Positions 53,310 through 63,156 of a stretch of DNA of 63,363 nt are shown here, piece after piece (position 1 is the first letter of the stretch; the number at the start of each line of letters is the position of its first letter). The notes under the pieces are model-generated. The model searched no databases, had not been told where the DNA came from, and worked only from the letters and a program-made list of their open reading frames with translations. The stretch is from Candidatus Micrarchaeota archaeon (lineage in GTDB: Archaea; Micrarchaeota; Micrarchaeia; Burarchaeales; JAKAKT01): assembly GCA_021813385.1 (NCBI GenBank), contig JAKAKT010000009.1:1-63363 (forward strand), given 5' to 3'. Made by a program: the position numbers and the translations under genes.

Positions 53310-54371
53310 TTAACTCATTAATTTGTCGGCAATGAAGAGGAGCCTCCCGCCATCGGGCCTCCCTTTTCCCCTCACCTTTATGCTTGAGCCTGCCAAGGCC
53401 CCGCCTTTCAGCTTGAGCATCGTCTCGAGGGCCACGTCTTCCGGGAGAGATTTCAGGCCGAGCAGGCGCAGCGAGAGGGTCTTTGACAGCAGGACGGCCC
53501 CTTCGCCCCCGCCCTCGAGCCTTAGCTCTAGCCCCTCCCCCAGGGCGGCAATCCCTTCAATTTTTCCCTCCAGTTCGCCTTCGAAATCAGCTGTCAATTG
53601 CCCGGGCGAAATCGGTTTCGCCATCAGAATCACTTTGCTGAACCTTGAGGTCTGTATCTCGCCGTTCTTAAGCCTCGCGCCCTCAATCCGTACTGAGTCG
53701 CCCAGTTTGGCTCCCTCGAGCGCCCTCTCGTTAGGCTCCCAAAGGACAAGCCGTATTTTGCCTGTGCCATCTTCGAGCGTGCAAGAGCCCATCTCGTGGG
53801 TTACGCCCTCTCTTTCATATCTCCTCAGGCCAGAGTATTCTGAAATACTCGCTGTGATGCTCACTGCTTCGCCCTCTGAAAGCCCGGCCAGTTTTTTTTC
53901 AGGCTGCCTTTCAAGGACCGATATGCTGCCCCCATAGCCAAGGGCAAGCTCGTCCCCTTTCATGTAGATTCCGCGGGCCTCGATTAGGTCCCCTTTCATT
54001 ATTTTCCCCCGCTCGACATAATCCACGTCGTCGTTCCAGAGGACCAGCGCCCGCTCGGAGGATTCGTCGCCGACAAACACCCTGCAGACTCTCCCTTCTT
54101 GCCCGTTCTTCTCATAGCGCTTCACGTCAAATATCCGGTTCACTTTCGCGAGGATTGTGGCGCGCCTTATGCCGGGCCCCATCTGGGAGACAGGAATTGG
54201 TTTCTGCGGGGCCTGCAGGTTCATCTCTTTGGAGATTGCAAACAGGGCGGCCTCGCGCGTCAGGAGCCCGTGGAATTTCTCCTCCTTTTCCCGAATCAGT
54301 TCCTCGAGCTTCCCCTCGTCCATCTGCTTAAGAAGTTCTTCTTTCAGCGCTTTCGATTCGTCTGGCTCCAT
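53310..54371 (-). CDS. RPA-like single-stranded DNA-binding protein with repeated OB folds
   Basis: Two OB-fold-like repeats have the archaeal RPA pattern (RVCRVFVGDESSERALVLWNDD...GDLIEARG and MGSCTLEDGTGKIRLVLWEPN...GDSVRIEGA). Confidence 0.6.
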   Translation of the reverse strand: MEPDESKALKEELLKQMDEGKLEELIREKEEKFHGLLTREAALFAISKEMNLQAPQKPIPVSQMGPGIRRATILAKVNRIFDVKRYEKNGQEGRVCRVFVGDESSERALVLWNDDVDYVERGKIMKGDLIEARGIYMKGDELALGYGGSISVLERQPEKKLAGLSEGEAVSITASISEYSGLRRYEREGVTHEMGSCTLEDGTGKIRLVLWEPNERALEGAKLGDSVRIEGARLKNGEIQTSRFSKVILMAKPISPGQLTADFEGELEGKIEGIAALGEGLELRLEGGGEGAVLLSKTLSLRLLGLKSLPEDVALETMLKLKGGALAGSSIKVRGKGRPDGGRLLFIADKLMS

Positions 54372-54423
54372 GGGTTATGATTTGCCGCAATGTTATATAA
54401 AATATGGCGGGCCATTTTTTCGC

Positions 54424-54951
54424 ATGGGAGCTGATGAAGTCGCCAGGGGCGTTAAGGTTATTTATGGGCAGGAATTGAGCTCGAACGTCTATTTGTTGGA
54501 CGATGGAAGGGGAAAAATCCTCGCAATCGATTCAGGCGCCTATCCAGTTATTAACTCCGAACCCGCGATGCTCATCCTCACCCACGCTCACTTCGACCAT
54601 ACGGGAGGGGTCGATGAAGATTGGAAGAACGTCTATCTGCACGAGGGGGATTTCTTCGACGGTCCATTTTTCAAGATTCCGGGGCAGGCAAAAAAAATCG
54701 ATTTCGAGAAATTGAGATGGGGCAACTTCAACCTCGAAATCCTCCACACTCCAGGGCATACCCTCGGCTCGATTTGCCTTTTTGACAGGAAAAAAGGGAT
54801 TTTGTTTTCCGGGGATACTTTATTCGCCGATGGTGTGGGAAGGACCGACCTGGGCGGGGACGAGGAACTCATGGAGAAATCGCTTTCGCTCATCAGGGAA
54901 TTGGATTACAAGTTGCTATGCCCTGGCCATGGACCTGTTTGCAAAAGATGA
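54424..54951 (+). CDS. MBL-fold hydrolase (glyoxalase II-like)
   Basis: Motifs THAHFDHTGG, HTPGHTLGS and GDTLF. ATG 54424 lies about 25 nt downstream of TTATATAAAATA (54393-54404). The track start at 54157 runs antisense through the RPA gene. Confidence 0.75.
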   Translation: MGADEVARGVKVIYGQELSSNVYLLDDGRGKILAIDSGAYPVINSEPAMLILTHAHFDHTGGVDEDWKNVYLHEGDFFDGPFFKIPGQAKKIDFEKLRWGNFNLEILHTPGHTLGSICLFDRKKGILFSGDTLFADGVGRTDLGGDEELMEKSLSLIRELDYKLLCPGHGPVCKR

Positions 54952-55434
54952 GGGCCTCTTTATCGGGGTTGGATTTACGAGAGGACATCCCGGGCTACAA
55001 GCCTGGCAGATATGGAGGCACATCAAGGTATTCTGCACATCAATCGTTGTTGGCCCGGTGGATTTTTCAGCTTGCTTTTTCCTCGCAGCATCCACTTCTG
55101 TGTTAATCGCACCCACTATTTCGGTGCACCTTCCCCGAAGTCCGTTTTGGGTGGTCCGCACAAATCCCTCGAGCATGAACAAGACCGTAAAATAGTCGCT
55201 CTTTACCGTGCCGTCCGAGCCGACTGGCTTATAGTCTCTCGAAATCAAGCCGAGGAACCTCCCTGCGAGTTCAGGACCGTTGTTTAGGAGCGGTTCCATG
55301 AGGTAGTAGGAGTCGCTTTGGCCGCTCTTAAGAAGCAGCTCGGCCCCCGAGAGCATCTTGTCCGCATTGCCTTCGGTAAGCCCTTGGCTTATCATCCTCG
55401 ATGCATTTGAGTGGACATCCGAGTAGATACTCAC
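54916..55434 (-). CDS. Hypothetical protein (172 aa) downstream of nikR
   Basis: ORF only; no motif recognised. Its 3' end overlaps the convergent MBL gene by 36 nt. Confidence 0.4.
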   Translation of the reverse strand: MSIYSDVHSNASRMISQGLTEGNADKMLSGAELLLKSGQSDSYYLMEPLLNNGPELAGRFLGLISRDYKPVGSDGTVKSDYFTVLFMLEGFVRTTQNGLRGRCTEIVGAINTEVDAARKKQAEKSTGPTTIDVQNTLMCLHICQACSPGCPLVNPTPIKRPSSFANRSMARA

Positions 55435-55489
55435 TCCCCCACCGAGCTAATTGCTCGTTTAAGGTATAAAAAGGTATGCGGTAGTATGA

Positions 55490-55897
55490 CTAGCCTGTTC
55501 TTGAGCAGACAAGCTTCCCGCTCTTGACTCCCCGGGCGCTTATCAGGGAGTTGGCGAGCTTCTCGATTCTCTTCGCATTCCCTTTCGCGACTATGACCTC
55601 GAGGCAGTTGTCGTGGTCCAGGTGAACGTGCAGGGAAGAAAGGATTGCCCCCCCGAAATCGTGCTGCATTTCGGTGAGCTTATCGGTTACCCCCCGGGTG
55701 TGGTGGTCATAGAGGAGGGTTATCGTTCCCACCACGTTTCCCCTCCCGCCCTGCCATTCGAGGCCCGAAAGGTGCTCCCTGAAAACGTCCGCCACCGCCT
55801 TCGAGCGGTTCGAATAAGCCCGTTTCCTTATCGCCTTCTCGAACTCCTCGGCAAGCCCTGCTGGAAGCGAGACGGCCATTCTCCTCACTTTTTCCAT
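55490..55897 (-). CDS. nikR: Nickel-responsive regulator NikR (RHH plus ACT-like metal-binding domain)
   Basis: Ribbon-helix-helix N-terminus (RMAVSLPAGLAEEFEKAI). C-domain His/Cys ligand pattern (LYDHHTRG, HVHLDHDNCLEV). ATG 55897 follows GGTGGTTTG. Confidence 0.85.
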   Translation of the reverse strand: MEKVRRMAVSLPAGLAEEFEKAIRKRAYSNRSKAVADVFREHLSGLEWQGGRGNVVGTITLLYDHHTRGVTDKLTEMQHDFGGAILSSLHVHLDHDNCLEVIVAKGNAKRIEKLANSLISARGVKSGKLVCSRTG

Positions 55898-55937
55898 CAA
55901 ACCACCTGGATTTCGGTATTACGGCCAATTCCAAAAA

Positions 55938-55964
55938 GTATTACGAAAATCATGTTTTTAATAC
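55938..55964. promoter_or_regulatory. Candidate NikR operator dyad overlapping the divergent promoters
   Basis: GTATTA-N15-TAATAC. The half-site GTATTACG is also repeated directly at 55916-55923. Confidence 0.4.
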
Positions 55965-55994
55965 TTAACCGGAAAAGGAAACCCGGTGGTTTCA

Positions 55995-56279
55995 ATGGTG
56001 TGTTATGCTGTCCCGACCGCGGCTGCCATGCTGATATTAGGCGGAAGGAAAGTGCTCCATCGGGAGAACGACAAGAACTTCAGGTTCGGCCTTATGATGG
56101 CAGGCGGCTCGATTTTCGGGGTTGTCGACCATCTCTGGAACGGCGAGCTCACGATGGTGGGGCCGGACTTGGCGTCGGACCTCATGCTCGGCCTTGCGAT
56201 AACCGGAGTTATAACAGTCGCTTGGCTCGCAACTGAAGCCCTCTCGCTTGCCCCGCGCCCTGCCCGAGCCGGGGCCTAG
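55995..56279 (+). CDS. Small membrane protein (94 aa) divergent from nikR
   Basis: ATG 55995 follows GGTGGTTTCA, the same context as nikR. Two or three hydrophobic helices. Function unknown. Confidence 0.45.
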   Translation: MVCYAVPTAAAMLILGGRKVLHRENDKNFRFGLMMAGGSIFGVVDHLWNGELTMVGPDLASDLMLGLAITGVITVAWLATEALSLAPRPARAGA

Positions 56280-56953
56280 AAAAAGCCCGCGAGCAGGATT
56301 GCGCCGTAAACCACGCTGACGGTTCCCACCGCGAGATTTACGAATTGGCTGATTCTGGCGCTTTCCATTTTTATTAGCGGGTATGTGAAGAGGAGGCCGA
56401 ACGCCACCATCCCGACCACCACGCCCACTGAGAAAACGAAAACCCCGAAAACCATCTCGAGCAGGCTTGAGAGCCCGAGCGAAACTGTGAGGAGCATGAG
56501 AAGCTCGTCATTGCTCGCGAGACCATGCACAATCCCTATCCCGAACATGTGCTTGTGGGAGTGGTCCGTCTTGGGATGATTTTGCAAGCCCGGGCTTTGG
56601 CCGGCGATGTGGATATGCCAGTGCGGGTGCGTCTCGTCATCGTGAGTGTGCTCATGGGAGTGCCAGACGCGGGAGTTGAGAATCCCGAGAAGCCCGATAC
56701 TTATGAGCATCAGCGCAACGAGAATCTCCATCTTGTCGAGAATGAGCGGGAGGAGCTCGTCCTTGAACACGAACAGCATTACGGTTATGGCCGTCGCCGT
56801 GAGCAAATGCCCAGCAGCCCAGCTGATAGACATCTTTACGGAGTTCCTGACGGATTTTGCGCGAGACAGCAGATTGGAGACTGCTATCAGGTGGTCTGCG
56901 TCGAAGCTGTGCTTGAGCCCGAGGAAAAATGCTAGAACGGCGAATTGGAACAT
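56276..56953 (-). CDS. NicO/NiCoT-type nickel/cobalt transporter with His-rich loop
   Basis: Signature HSFDADH in TM2 and a second GLASNDE-type motif. Central loop HSHEHTHDDETHPHWHIH. Confidence 0.8.
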   Translation of the reverse strand: MFQFAVLAFFLGLKHSFDADHLIAVSNLLSRAKSVRNSVKMSISWAAGHLLTATAITVMLFVFKDELLPLILDKMEILVALMLISIGLLGILNSRVWHSHEHTHDDETHPHWHIHIAGQSPGLQNHPKTDHSHKHMFGIGIVHGLASNDELLMLLTVSLGLSSLLEMVFGVFVFSVGVVVGMVAFGLLFTYPLIKMESARISQFVNLAVGTVSVVYGAILLAGFF

Positions 56954-57042
56954 GAGGATGGTTTGACGGGAAAGAATAAATAATGGGTGATTACCCCGTA
57001 GTTGACCAATATATTTTATAACCTGAAAACCAAAATCCTCGT

Positions 57043-57687
57043 ATGGACAAGCCTAAAGCGGTGCTCTTCGACTGGGACGGGACGCTTTATGATTCCGTGA
57101 AGCTGTGCTTCGAGATTTACGAGGAGCTGTTCGAGCGCTTCGGGGCCGGGAAGATAACTTTCGAGGAGTTCAGGAGCGATTTCTCCGGGGATTACCACCG
57201 CTACCAGGCGAAGCACGGGCTTGGCGAGAAGATGTGGCCCAAGGTCGATGCAGCTTGGTATGATATTTATTATGCAAAGCAGGACGGGGCAAAACTTTTC
57301 TCAAAAACTAAGCCGACTTTGATGGCTCTTGAAAAGATGGGAATCCCGATTGGGCTGGTGACGAATGCCACGAAAAAAAGAATCGAAGGCGAACTCTCGA
57401 AACTCGGGCTTCTTGGCTATTTTGGCACTGTTGCCGCAATCGAGGATGCTGAGTGGGAGTTCAAGCCCTCCCCGAGGCTCATCAACATCGCCTGTGAGGA
57501 GCTTAGGGTTAATAAGGGGGATGCGCTCTACATAGGAGATATGGCGGAGGACGTGATTGCCGGCAAGAGGGCTGGGGCACGGACAGGCGTTGTTGCGACC
57601 GGAGTCCACACCATAAGGAAGCTCGCGCTTGAGGAGCCTGATTTCATTTTTGAGAATGTTGGTGATGTTCTCGGTGTTTTCGTATGA
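57043..57687 (+). CDS. HAD-superfamily phosphatase (phosphoglycolate phosphatase-like)
   Basis: Motif I VLFDWDGTLYDS, motif II VTNA and motif IV GDMAEDV. Confidence 0.8.
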   Translation: MDKPKAVLFDWDGTLYDSVKLCFEIYEELFERFGAGKITFEEFRSDFSGDYHRYQAKHGLGEKMWPKVDAAWYDIYYAKQDGAKLFSKTKPTLMALEKMGIPIGLVTNATKKRIEGELSKLGLLGYFGTVAAIEDAEWEFKPSPRLINIACEELRVNKGDALYIGDMAEDVIAGKRAGARTGVVATGVHTIRKLALEEPDFIFENVGDVLGVFV

Positions 57688-58715
57688 GGAGAGTGACTGC
57701 GATAGCATTGCTCCTGCTGCTAGCTGCATTCACTTACTCACAGACTGCAGAGGAGTCGATGTATTGGGAGCTGTTCGGAATCCTTTCTTACCTCGGAGTC
57801 CTGCTCCTCAGTTTCCTCTTCGCCCTCATTGCCGCGATACCGTTTGTCGAAGAAGTAATGGGGAAAAAGGAAGTCGATGTCGTTATCGGGCCAGCCACGG
57901 ACAGGCGGATATGGGCGATTGAGGTGCTGATAGGGATATTCCTTGTTTCGCTGACGTTAACCCCGGAGGGGAGGCGGACGTTTGGCGACAGCGAATTGCT
58001 CGCCTACGCCATAGCGGCCATCTGCGCGCTACTGCCCTTTGTGATATTCGCGGTTATGGCGTTCATCTCGAACGTTTATCGGCGCAATCTCCTGAAGAAC
58101 ATCTTCTCACTGATGCTTTGGGGCGTATTCGCTGGGGGCGCCGCATTGTTTCTGAACCAATCTGCAGGGGGAGTCATCAGGTCTTATGCCGGCCTGGGCG
58201 CAGCAGTCGTGGTGTTTACGGTCATATCAGCATTCTTCGAGGAAGCCCTTAAAGGCCTCGGGCTTGCCGAGTTTATAAAGAAAAAGGGAACGGCCCGGGT
58301 TCTCGGGATGCTTTATGGGTTCTCAATCGGGGTCGGGTTCTCAATGCTTGAGAACTGGCTTTACTTCTCATATGGGAATACTCCTTACACCATTGGAGTC
58401 CAGGGATGGACACAGGTTCTTTTCTACCGCTCGTTCTTCACCACGATGGCGCATGGGTTCTTCACTGCGTTCAACGCATTCGTTGTGTGCAGCTTGCCTG
58501 GCAACAAGTCTAAGTTCGGGCTTGGGCTATTAACTGCCTTCATCCTTCACCTATCGTATAATGCCGCACTGCTTTCTAATCTTGGGCTCGTAGGCCCGTT
58601 CATCGTGCTTGGCTTGTCGGTCGTATTCCTGTATTTGGTATATTCGGAGATGAAGCGCGAGAGAGGAGCCAAGCAGGGGAAAGCGAGGCGCAACCCCGCA
58701 ACTAATTTATATTAA
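57684..58715 (+). CDS. PrsW-family intramembrane protease
   Basis: Polytopic. Motifs FFEEALKG and FSMLENWLY, plus the MAHGFFTAFN His motif. ATGA overlap with the HAD gene. Confidence 0.7.
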   Translation: MRRVTAIALLLLLAAFTYSQTAEESMYWELFGILSYLGVLLLSFLFALIAAIPFVEEVMGKKEVDVVIGPATDRRIWAIEVLIGIFLVSLTLTPEGRRTFGDSELLAYAIAAICALLPFVIFAVMAFISNVYRRNLLKNIFSLMLWGVFAGGAALFLNQSAGGVIRSYAGLGAAVVVFTVISAFFEEALKGLGLAEFIKKKGTARVLGMLYGFSIGVGFSMLENWLYFSYGNTPYTIGVQGWTQVLFYRSFFTTMAHGFFTAFNAFVVCSLPGNKSKFGLGLLTAFILHLSYNAALLSNLGLVGPFIVLGLSVVFLYLVYSEMKRERGAKQGKARRNPATNLY

Positions 58716-58733
58716 ACCCCCAAATAAACGAAC

Positions 58734-59138
58734 ATGAAAGAGTTCGTGATAGTGACCAACGACAGGGTAGGTCTTCTCGCTGACTTATCTGGCGCCCTCG
58801 CGAAACGAAACATCAATATCGAGGGAGTGGACGTCACGGTTGTCGGCAAGAAGGCAGTCTGCCGTGTGCTCACCCGCAAGAAGGATGAAGCGGTTGCGAG
58901 GGCCGAACTTGAGAAGATTGGCTTCAAGGTGCTCGACTCGGATGTCCTCGTCGTGAAGCTCGAGAATAAGCCTGGGGAGCTGTCTGGAATCGCAAGGAAG
59001 CTCGCGGACGGCGGGGTTAATATAAAGAACGTCCACCTATTGGGGAGCTCCGGGGAGGATATCCTCTACGCGCTCGAGGTGGACAAGCCTTCAGCAGCGA
59101 GGGGGCTGTTGGATAGCTATCTGCATATAAGTGATTAG
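58734..59138 (+). CDS. Tandem ACT-domain protein
   Basis: Two ACT-like beta-alpha-beta-beta-alpha-beta repeats (VTNDRVGLLADLSGALAKRNINI and LENKPGELSGIARKLADGGVNI). Confidence 0.7.
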   Translation: MKEFVIVTNDRVGLLADLSGALAKRNINIEGVDVTVVGKKAVCRVLTRKKDEAVARAELEKIGFKVLDSDVLVVKLENKPGELSGIARKLADGGVNIKNVHLLGSSGEDILYALEVDKPSAARGLLDSYLHISD

Positions 59139-59897
59139 ATGGGCCTTCTCGACATCCTCGGCGGAGGGAACACCCTCTATTACCCGGGCTGCCTCACCAA
59201 GGTCGTTCTTCCGGAAATCGAGGCCAACTACAAAACCATCCTTGGCAAACTCGGGGTGGATTTCATCATGCTCGGGGAGAAGGAGCTCTGCTGCGGCTCG
59301 CCCCCGAAGAGCCAGGGCTACGACGCGGATGTGGAGGAACTCGCAAGAAAAAATCTCGCTCTCTTCAAGGCTCACGGAGTGAAAAAAATCGTCACATCCT
59401 GCCCGACTTGCCATTCGGTATTGAACGGGCACAAGAAAGTTGTGGACTGGGACATCCCGGTCGACCACATGGTCACTTATATCGAGAAGTCGCTCGGGAA
59501 GGTCAAGTGGCCTGGCTACAAGGGCCTTAAGGCGACCTACCACGACCCGTGCCACATGGGCAGGTATTCGGGAATGTATGAGCAGCCGAGAAAAATACTC
59601 TCTTCGCTTGGGATTGAGCTCCTTGAGATGAAATATTCGCGCGAGCGGGCGATTTGCTGCGGAGGCGGGGGAGGGGTTAGGGCGAACTACCCGGAGCTCG
59701 CGCGAACAGTTGCCGAGGAAAGGATGAGTTATGCTGAAAAGACCGGGGCCGACATCCTGGTGACCCCCTGCCCGATGTGCTACATCTGCCTCAAGGAAGC
59801 TTCAAAAGGGATAGAAGTTTACGAACTCTCGCAGCTGCTTGTTGGGATGAAGAAGGAGAACCTCCCGAAGAACTCGAAGCTGGCGAAATACTGTTAG
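59139..59897 (+). CDS. CCG-domain (Fe-S) oxidoreductase subunit, HdrB/GlcF/LutA-like
   Basis: Two cysteine-rich CCG motifs (YYPGC...CCGSP and YHDPCH...CCGGGGG). Starts on the base after the ACT gene stop. Confidence 0.75.
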   Translation: MGLLDILGGGNTLYYPGCLTKVVLPEIEANYKTILGKLGVDFIMLGEKELCCGSPPKSQGYDADVEELARKNLALFKAHGVKKIVTSCPTCHSVLNGHKKVVDWDIPVDHMVTYIEKSLGKVKWPGYKGLKATYHDPCHMGRYSGMYEQPRKILSSLGIELLEMKYSRERAICCGGGGGVRANYPELARTVAEERMSYAEKTGADILVTPCPMCYICLKEASKGIEVYELSQLLVGMKKENLPKNSKLAKYC

Positions 59898-59970
59898 AGA
59901 TGTTGAAGCTCGAATTCAAATCGGCCAGATATCGCTAAACAACTAAAAACTCGCTCGAGGGCTCGAGCCA

Positions 59971-60204
59971 TTATGGTTTTTTTGTCTCTGTATTGCACTT
60001 CTCTTTCATCACTGAATCATTTATGTCCAGGCAAACGGTTGTGTCGTTGGTCTGTTTCGCGACGTCGAAAAAGCACGCGTCCTGTTCGGTCTGGTTGTCT
60101 ATGAACTCGCAGGGCGTCGAGTCCTCGGCTGTCCTTGCGACCCGGGCGCACCCGAAAATTGAGAGTGCGAGGAGCAGAAACGCGATTGTGGCCATCATTT
60201 TCAT
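59971..60204 (-). CDS. Small secreted/lipobox-like Cys-containing protein (77 aa)
   Basis: Signal peptide ending LSIFGC, followed by four further Cys residues. Confidence 0.45.
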   Translation of the reverse strand: MKMMATIAFLLLALSIFGCARVARTAEDSTPCEFIDNQTEQDACFFDVAKQTNDTTVCLDINDSVMKEKCNTETKKP

Positions 60205-60272
60205 TCCATCACCAATGTCTCTCTTTTATCCGCTCGCCAATTTTTTAAAACCTTCCCTCCATAAACACCTCC

Positions 60273-62402
60273 ATGCAGCTCATAGTTTGCGAGAAGCCAA
60301 AGGTCGCCGAGAAGGTGGCGAGGGCCCTGGGGAACGGGAAATACGAGAGGAAGTCCAAGGGCCAAGCCAGCTACTATGAGCTTGAGCGCGGCGGGAAAGA
60401 GATAACTGTCGTCGCCGCTGTCGGGCACATCTATGGATTGAGGCAGAAGGTTAGCGGGGGGGGATACCCTGTCTTCGATATCGAGTGGGCGCCTGCCTAC
60501 GAGGTGAGCGAGGGCTCAGCCTTCACGAAACAATACCTGAAGCTTATAGAATCGCTGGCGAAGGGCTGCAAGGAGTTCGTGAACTCCTGCGACTATGACC
60601 TCGAGGGCTCGCTCATCGGCTATAATGTGATTAGGTTTGCCGGAAAGAGCGAGAAAGGGATGAGGATGAAGTTCTCGGCCCTGACTGACGATGACCTGAT
60701 CGAAGCATACGAGACTATGGGCGAACTTGATTATAACAACGCCCTTGCAGCAGAGACAAGGCACATTCTCGACTGGTATTATGGGATAAACTTGAGCCGG
60801 GCGCTCATGCACGCTGTCCGGGCTGCGGGGATTTACCGGGTTCTGTCAATAGGGAGGGTGCAGGGCCCGGCGCTTTCCATTCTCGCGAAAAGGGAGAGGG
60901 AGATTTTGGCTTTCAAGCCAGAGCCTTATTGGCAGCTCTATGCACTCGTGAAGAGCACGCGTTTCCTTAATACGCGGGGCAGCATGAAGGACAAGGCAGA
61001 GGCTGAGAAGGCGCTTGCCGAGTCGTCTAGGAAAGGATTAGTGGAGAAAATTGACCGGAAGGCGTTCAAGCAGGCCCCGAACCCGCCTTTCGACTTGACG
61101 AGCCTACAGGTCGAGGCGTACAGGCTTTTCGGTTTTTCACCTACGCTCACGCTCCAGCTCGCGCAGTCGCTCTATGAGGACTCTCTCATAAGCTACCCTA
61201 GGACTTCGTCCCAGAAACTCCCAAAGAAGCTCAATTTCCCGAAAATATTCGGAGGCCTTGAGAGGAATTCAAGTTACTCTGCTCTTGTTGCGAAGCTGCG
61301 CTCGCAAAACCGCTTCACGCCTCTCGAGGGAGCGAAGAGCGACCCGGCCCATCCGGCCATTCACCCGACCGGGCTGTCTGGAAAACTCGATGGGGGCGCT
61401 GGGAAGCTCTATGACCTTATTTGCAGGAGGTTCCTTTCGTGCTTCGCTGAATTCGCCGAGAGGGAAAGCGTGAAAGTGACCCTCAAGCTCGGCAATGAAA
61501 ACTACCTGGCAGGCGGGATAAGGACCGTTTCCCCTGGCTGGTTCGAGTTTTACGGGAGTTATGTGAAGCTCGAGGACAAGGAGCTGCCTTCATTCAAGGA
61601 AGGCGAACCGGTCGAGGCCTCGGAGCTCGAGGTTGAGGAGAAGGAGACGAAGCCGCCGAACAGGTACACGCCGGCAAGCATTGTCCAAACACTTGAAACG
61701 AAGGACCTCGGGACCAAGGCCACCCGCTCCGTGATAATTGAGACCTTGTTCAAGCGCGGATATCTCGCTGACACGAAAATAAAAGTCACTGATTTCGGGC
61801 TGTCGGTCAACGACACCCTCACCCAGTACGCGCCCCAAATCCTGGACGAGGAGCTCACGAGGAACTTCGAAAACGAGATGGAGGACATCCAGGAAGGCAA
61901 GAAGGGCGAAGGGGAGGTAGTCGAAGAGGGAAGGGAAGTTCTTGTGAAGATTCTCGAAGAAATGAAGGGGAATGAAGGAAACATCGGAAAGGGGCTCGTG
62001 AGCGCCCTTCGCGGGATGGAACACAAGGACCGGGTGCTCGGCAAGTGCCCAAAGTGCGGAGGCGACCTCGTCAAGCTGAAATCCCGCTTCGGCAAGTTCT
62101 TCGTCGGCTGCTCCGATTACCCGAAGTGCACGAATACTTATCCGCTTCCGCAGAATTACCCAGTGAAAGCGACTCCGAAAGTTTGCCCATTCTGCAATGC
62201 GCCAGTAGTCTGGGTCTCCATGAAGAAAAGGGGCTTTGAGATGTGCATAACCCCGGGATGCGAGAGCAAGAAGGACTGGGGGAAAAAAGAGGAGACTGAG
62301 CAAAAACCTGAAGCCAAAACAACTCCAAAACCCGCGACTCCCCCGAAGGAAACCAAACCGAAGAAGCCGAGGAAAGCCAAGGCCAAGAAGCCTGCTGCCT
62401 AG
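60273..62402 (+). CDS. topA: Type IA DNA topoisomerase
   Basis: Toprim N-terminus MQLIVCEKPKVA, the active-site region SYPRTSS (catalytic Tyr), and C-terminal zinc ribbons (CPKCGG..CSDYPKC and CPFC..CITPGC). Ends in a Lys/Pro-rich tail. Confidence 0.9.
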   Translation: MQLIVCEKPKVAEKVARALGNGKYERKSKGQASYYELERGGKEITVVAAVGHIYGLRQKVSGGGYPVFDIEWAPAYEVSEGSAFTKQYLKLIESLAKGCKEFVNSCDYDLEGSLIGYNVIRFAGKSEKGMRMKFSALTDDDLIEAYETMGELDYNNALAAETRHILDWYYGINLSRALMHAVRAAGIYRVLSIGRVQGPALSILAKREREILAFKPEPYWQLYALVKSTRFLNTRGSMKDKAEAEKALAESSRKGLVEKIDRKAFKQAPNPPFDLTSLQVEAYRLFGFSPTLTLQLAQSLYEDSLISYPRTSSQKLPKKLNFPKIFGGLERNSSYSALVAKLRSQNRFTPLEGAKSDPAHPAIHPTGLSGKLDGGAGKLYDLICRRFLSCFAEFAERESVKVTLKLGNENYLAGGIRTVSPGWFEFYGSYVKLEDKELPSFKEGEPVEASELEVEEKETKPPNRYTPASIVQTLETKDLGTKATRSVIIETLFKRGYLADTKIKVTDFGLSVNDTLTQYAPQILDEELTRNFENEMEDIQEGKKGEGEVVEEGREVLVKILEEMKGNEGNIGKGLVSALRGMEHKDRVLGKCPKCGGDLVKLKSRFGKFFVGCSDYPKCTNTYPLPQNYPVKATPKVCPFCNAPVVWVSMKKRGFEMCITPGCESKKDWGKKEETEQKPEAKTTPKPATPPKETKPKKPRKAKAKKPAA

Positions 62403-62406
62403 TTCT

Positions 62407-63105
62407 TTAGATGTCGTGCGCGAGGAAATAGACTGCTTTCGGTCTTCCGACCACGAGGCGCTGGGTCGTTGATTTCACGAGCCCTCCCCGAATAAGGAGC
62501 CCCAGCCTCTTCCTTAAATTGGACTTGTTCATCCTTAGCTCCCTCGCGAGCTCTTCGATGTCCAATGGTCGGATTAGCGTTTCGGCGACTTTTGACTTGA
62601 ATAACTCCTGCTCTTTTGAGGAGACTTTCCTGAGATTCGAGCGAGAGCCTTCGAATCTCTCGCTCGAGGAGCCGGGCTGGGCAAGGCGGGTGACCTCTCT
62701 CACGATTACGCCAGCAGCCCCGGTGTCAAAAAGCCTTTCTTTGAGGGATTCCGTCTCTTTGCGCAGAAGGTTCAGCCTGCGCGTGTATTCCCCGATTTCG
62801 CCCTCGCAGACCCCTCTCTTCGCCCATTTCGAGAGTGCCTCGAGCTCATCAGCAAATTTAGTGCGGAATAGCTCCCCGTTTATCGGCACGAGGAGTACTT
62901 TCCCCTTAAGCCATCGCTCATTTGCGCTGTCGAGCTCCTTGTCCTCGATGTCGGCTTTCATTACTTTTCCTTTCCCGAGCCTTTCAAGATGCTCGCGGGC
63001 AGAAGTCGGGAAGATAGTCGTTGAGCGGGAGAGGTTAAGGTGTGGGTATCTCTGGGACCTGACCGGAACCTTCTCGCTGTGCACGAACAGGAGCGCTTTC
63101 GACAT
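62407..63105 (-). CDS. Hypothetical protein with C-terminal winged-helix DNA-binding domain
   Basis: C-terminus IEELARELRMNKSNLRKRLGLLIRGGLVKS...GRPKAVYFL resembles ArsR/TrmB-type wHTH. The N-terminal limit is uncertain. Confidence 0.5.
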   Translation of the reverse strand: MSKALLFVHSEKVPVRSQRYPHLNLSRSTTIFPTSAREHLERLGKGKVMKADIEDKELDSANERWLKGKVLLVPINGELFRTKFADELEALSKWAKRGVCEGEIGEYTRRLNLLRKETESLKERLFDTGAAGVIVREVTRLAQPGSSSERFEGSRSNLRKVSSKEQELFKSKVAETLIRPLDIEELARELRMNKSNLRKRLGLLIRGGLVKSTTQRLVVGRPKAVYFLAHDI

Positions 63106-63156
63106 AAAACTCCGATTAACGATGTGTCAGGTAAGGATTATAAGCCATTCTTTTGT

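Noticed and set aside
51699-53937. Long plus-strand ORFs (252, 223 and 204 aa) across the ECF and RPA genes. Similar antisense ORFs occur at 45534..46073, 46540..47229, 48313..49098, 61559..62303 and 62519..63160.
   Set aside because: Each is antisense to a gene with clear family motifs. Each is Ser/Arg/Pro-rich with no motifs and represents typical shadow ORFs.
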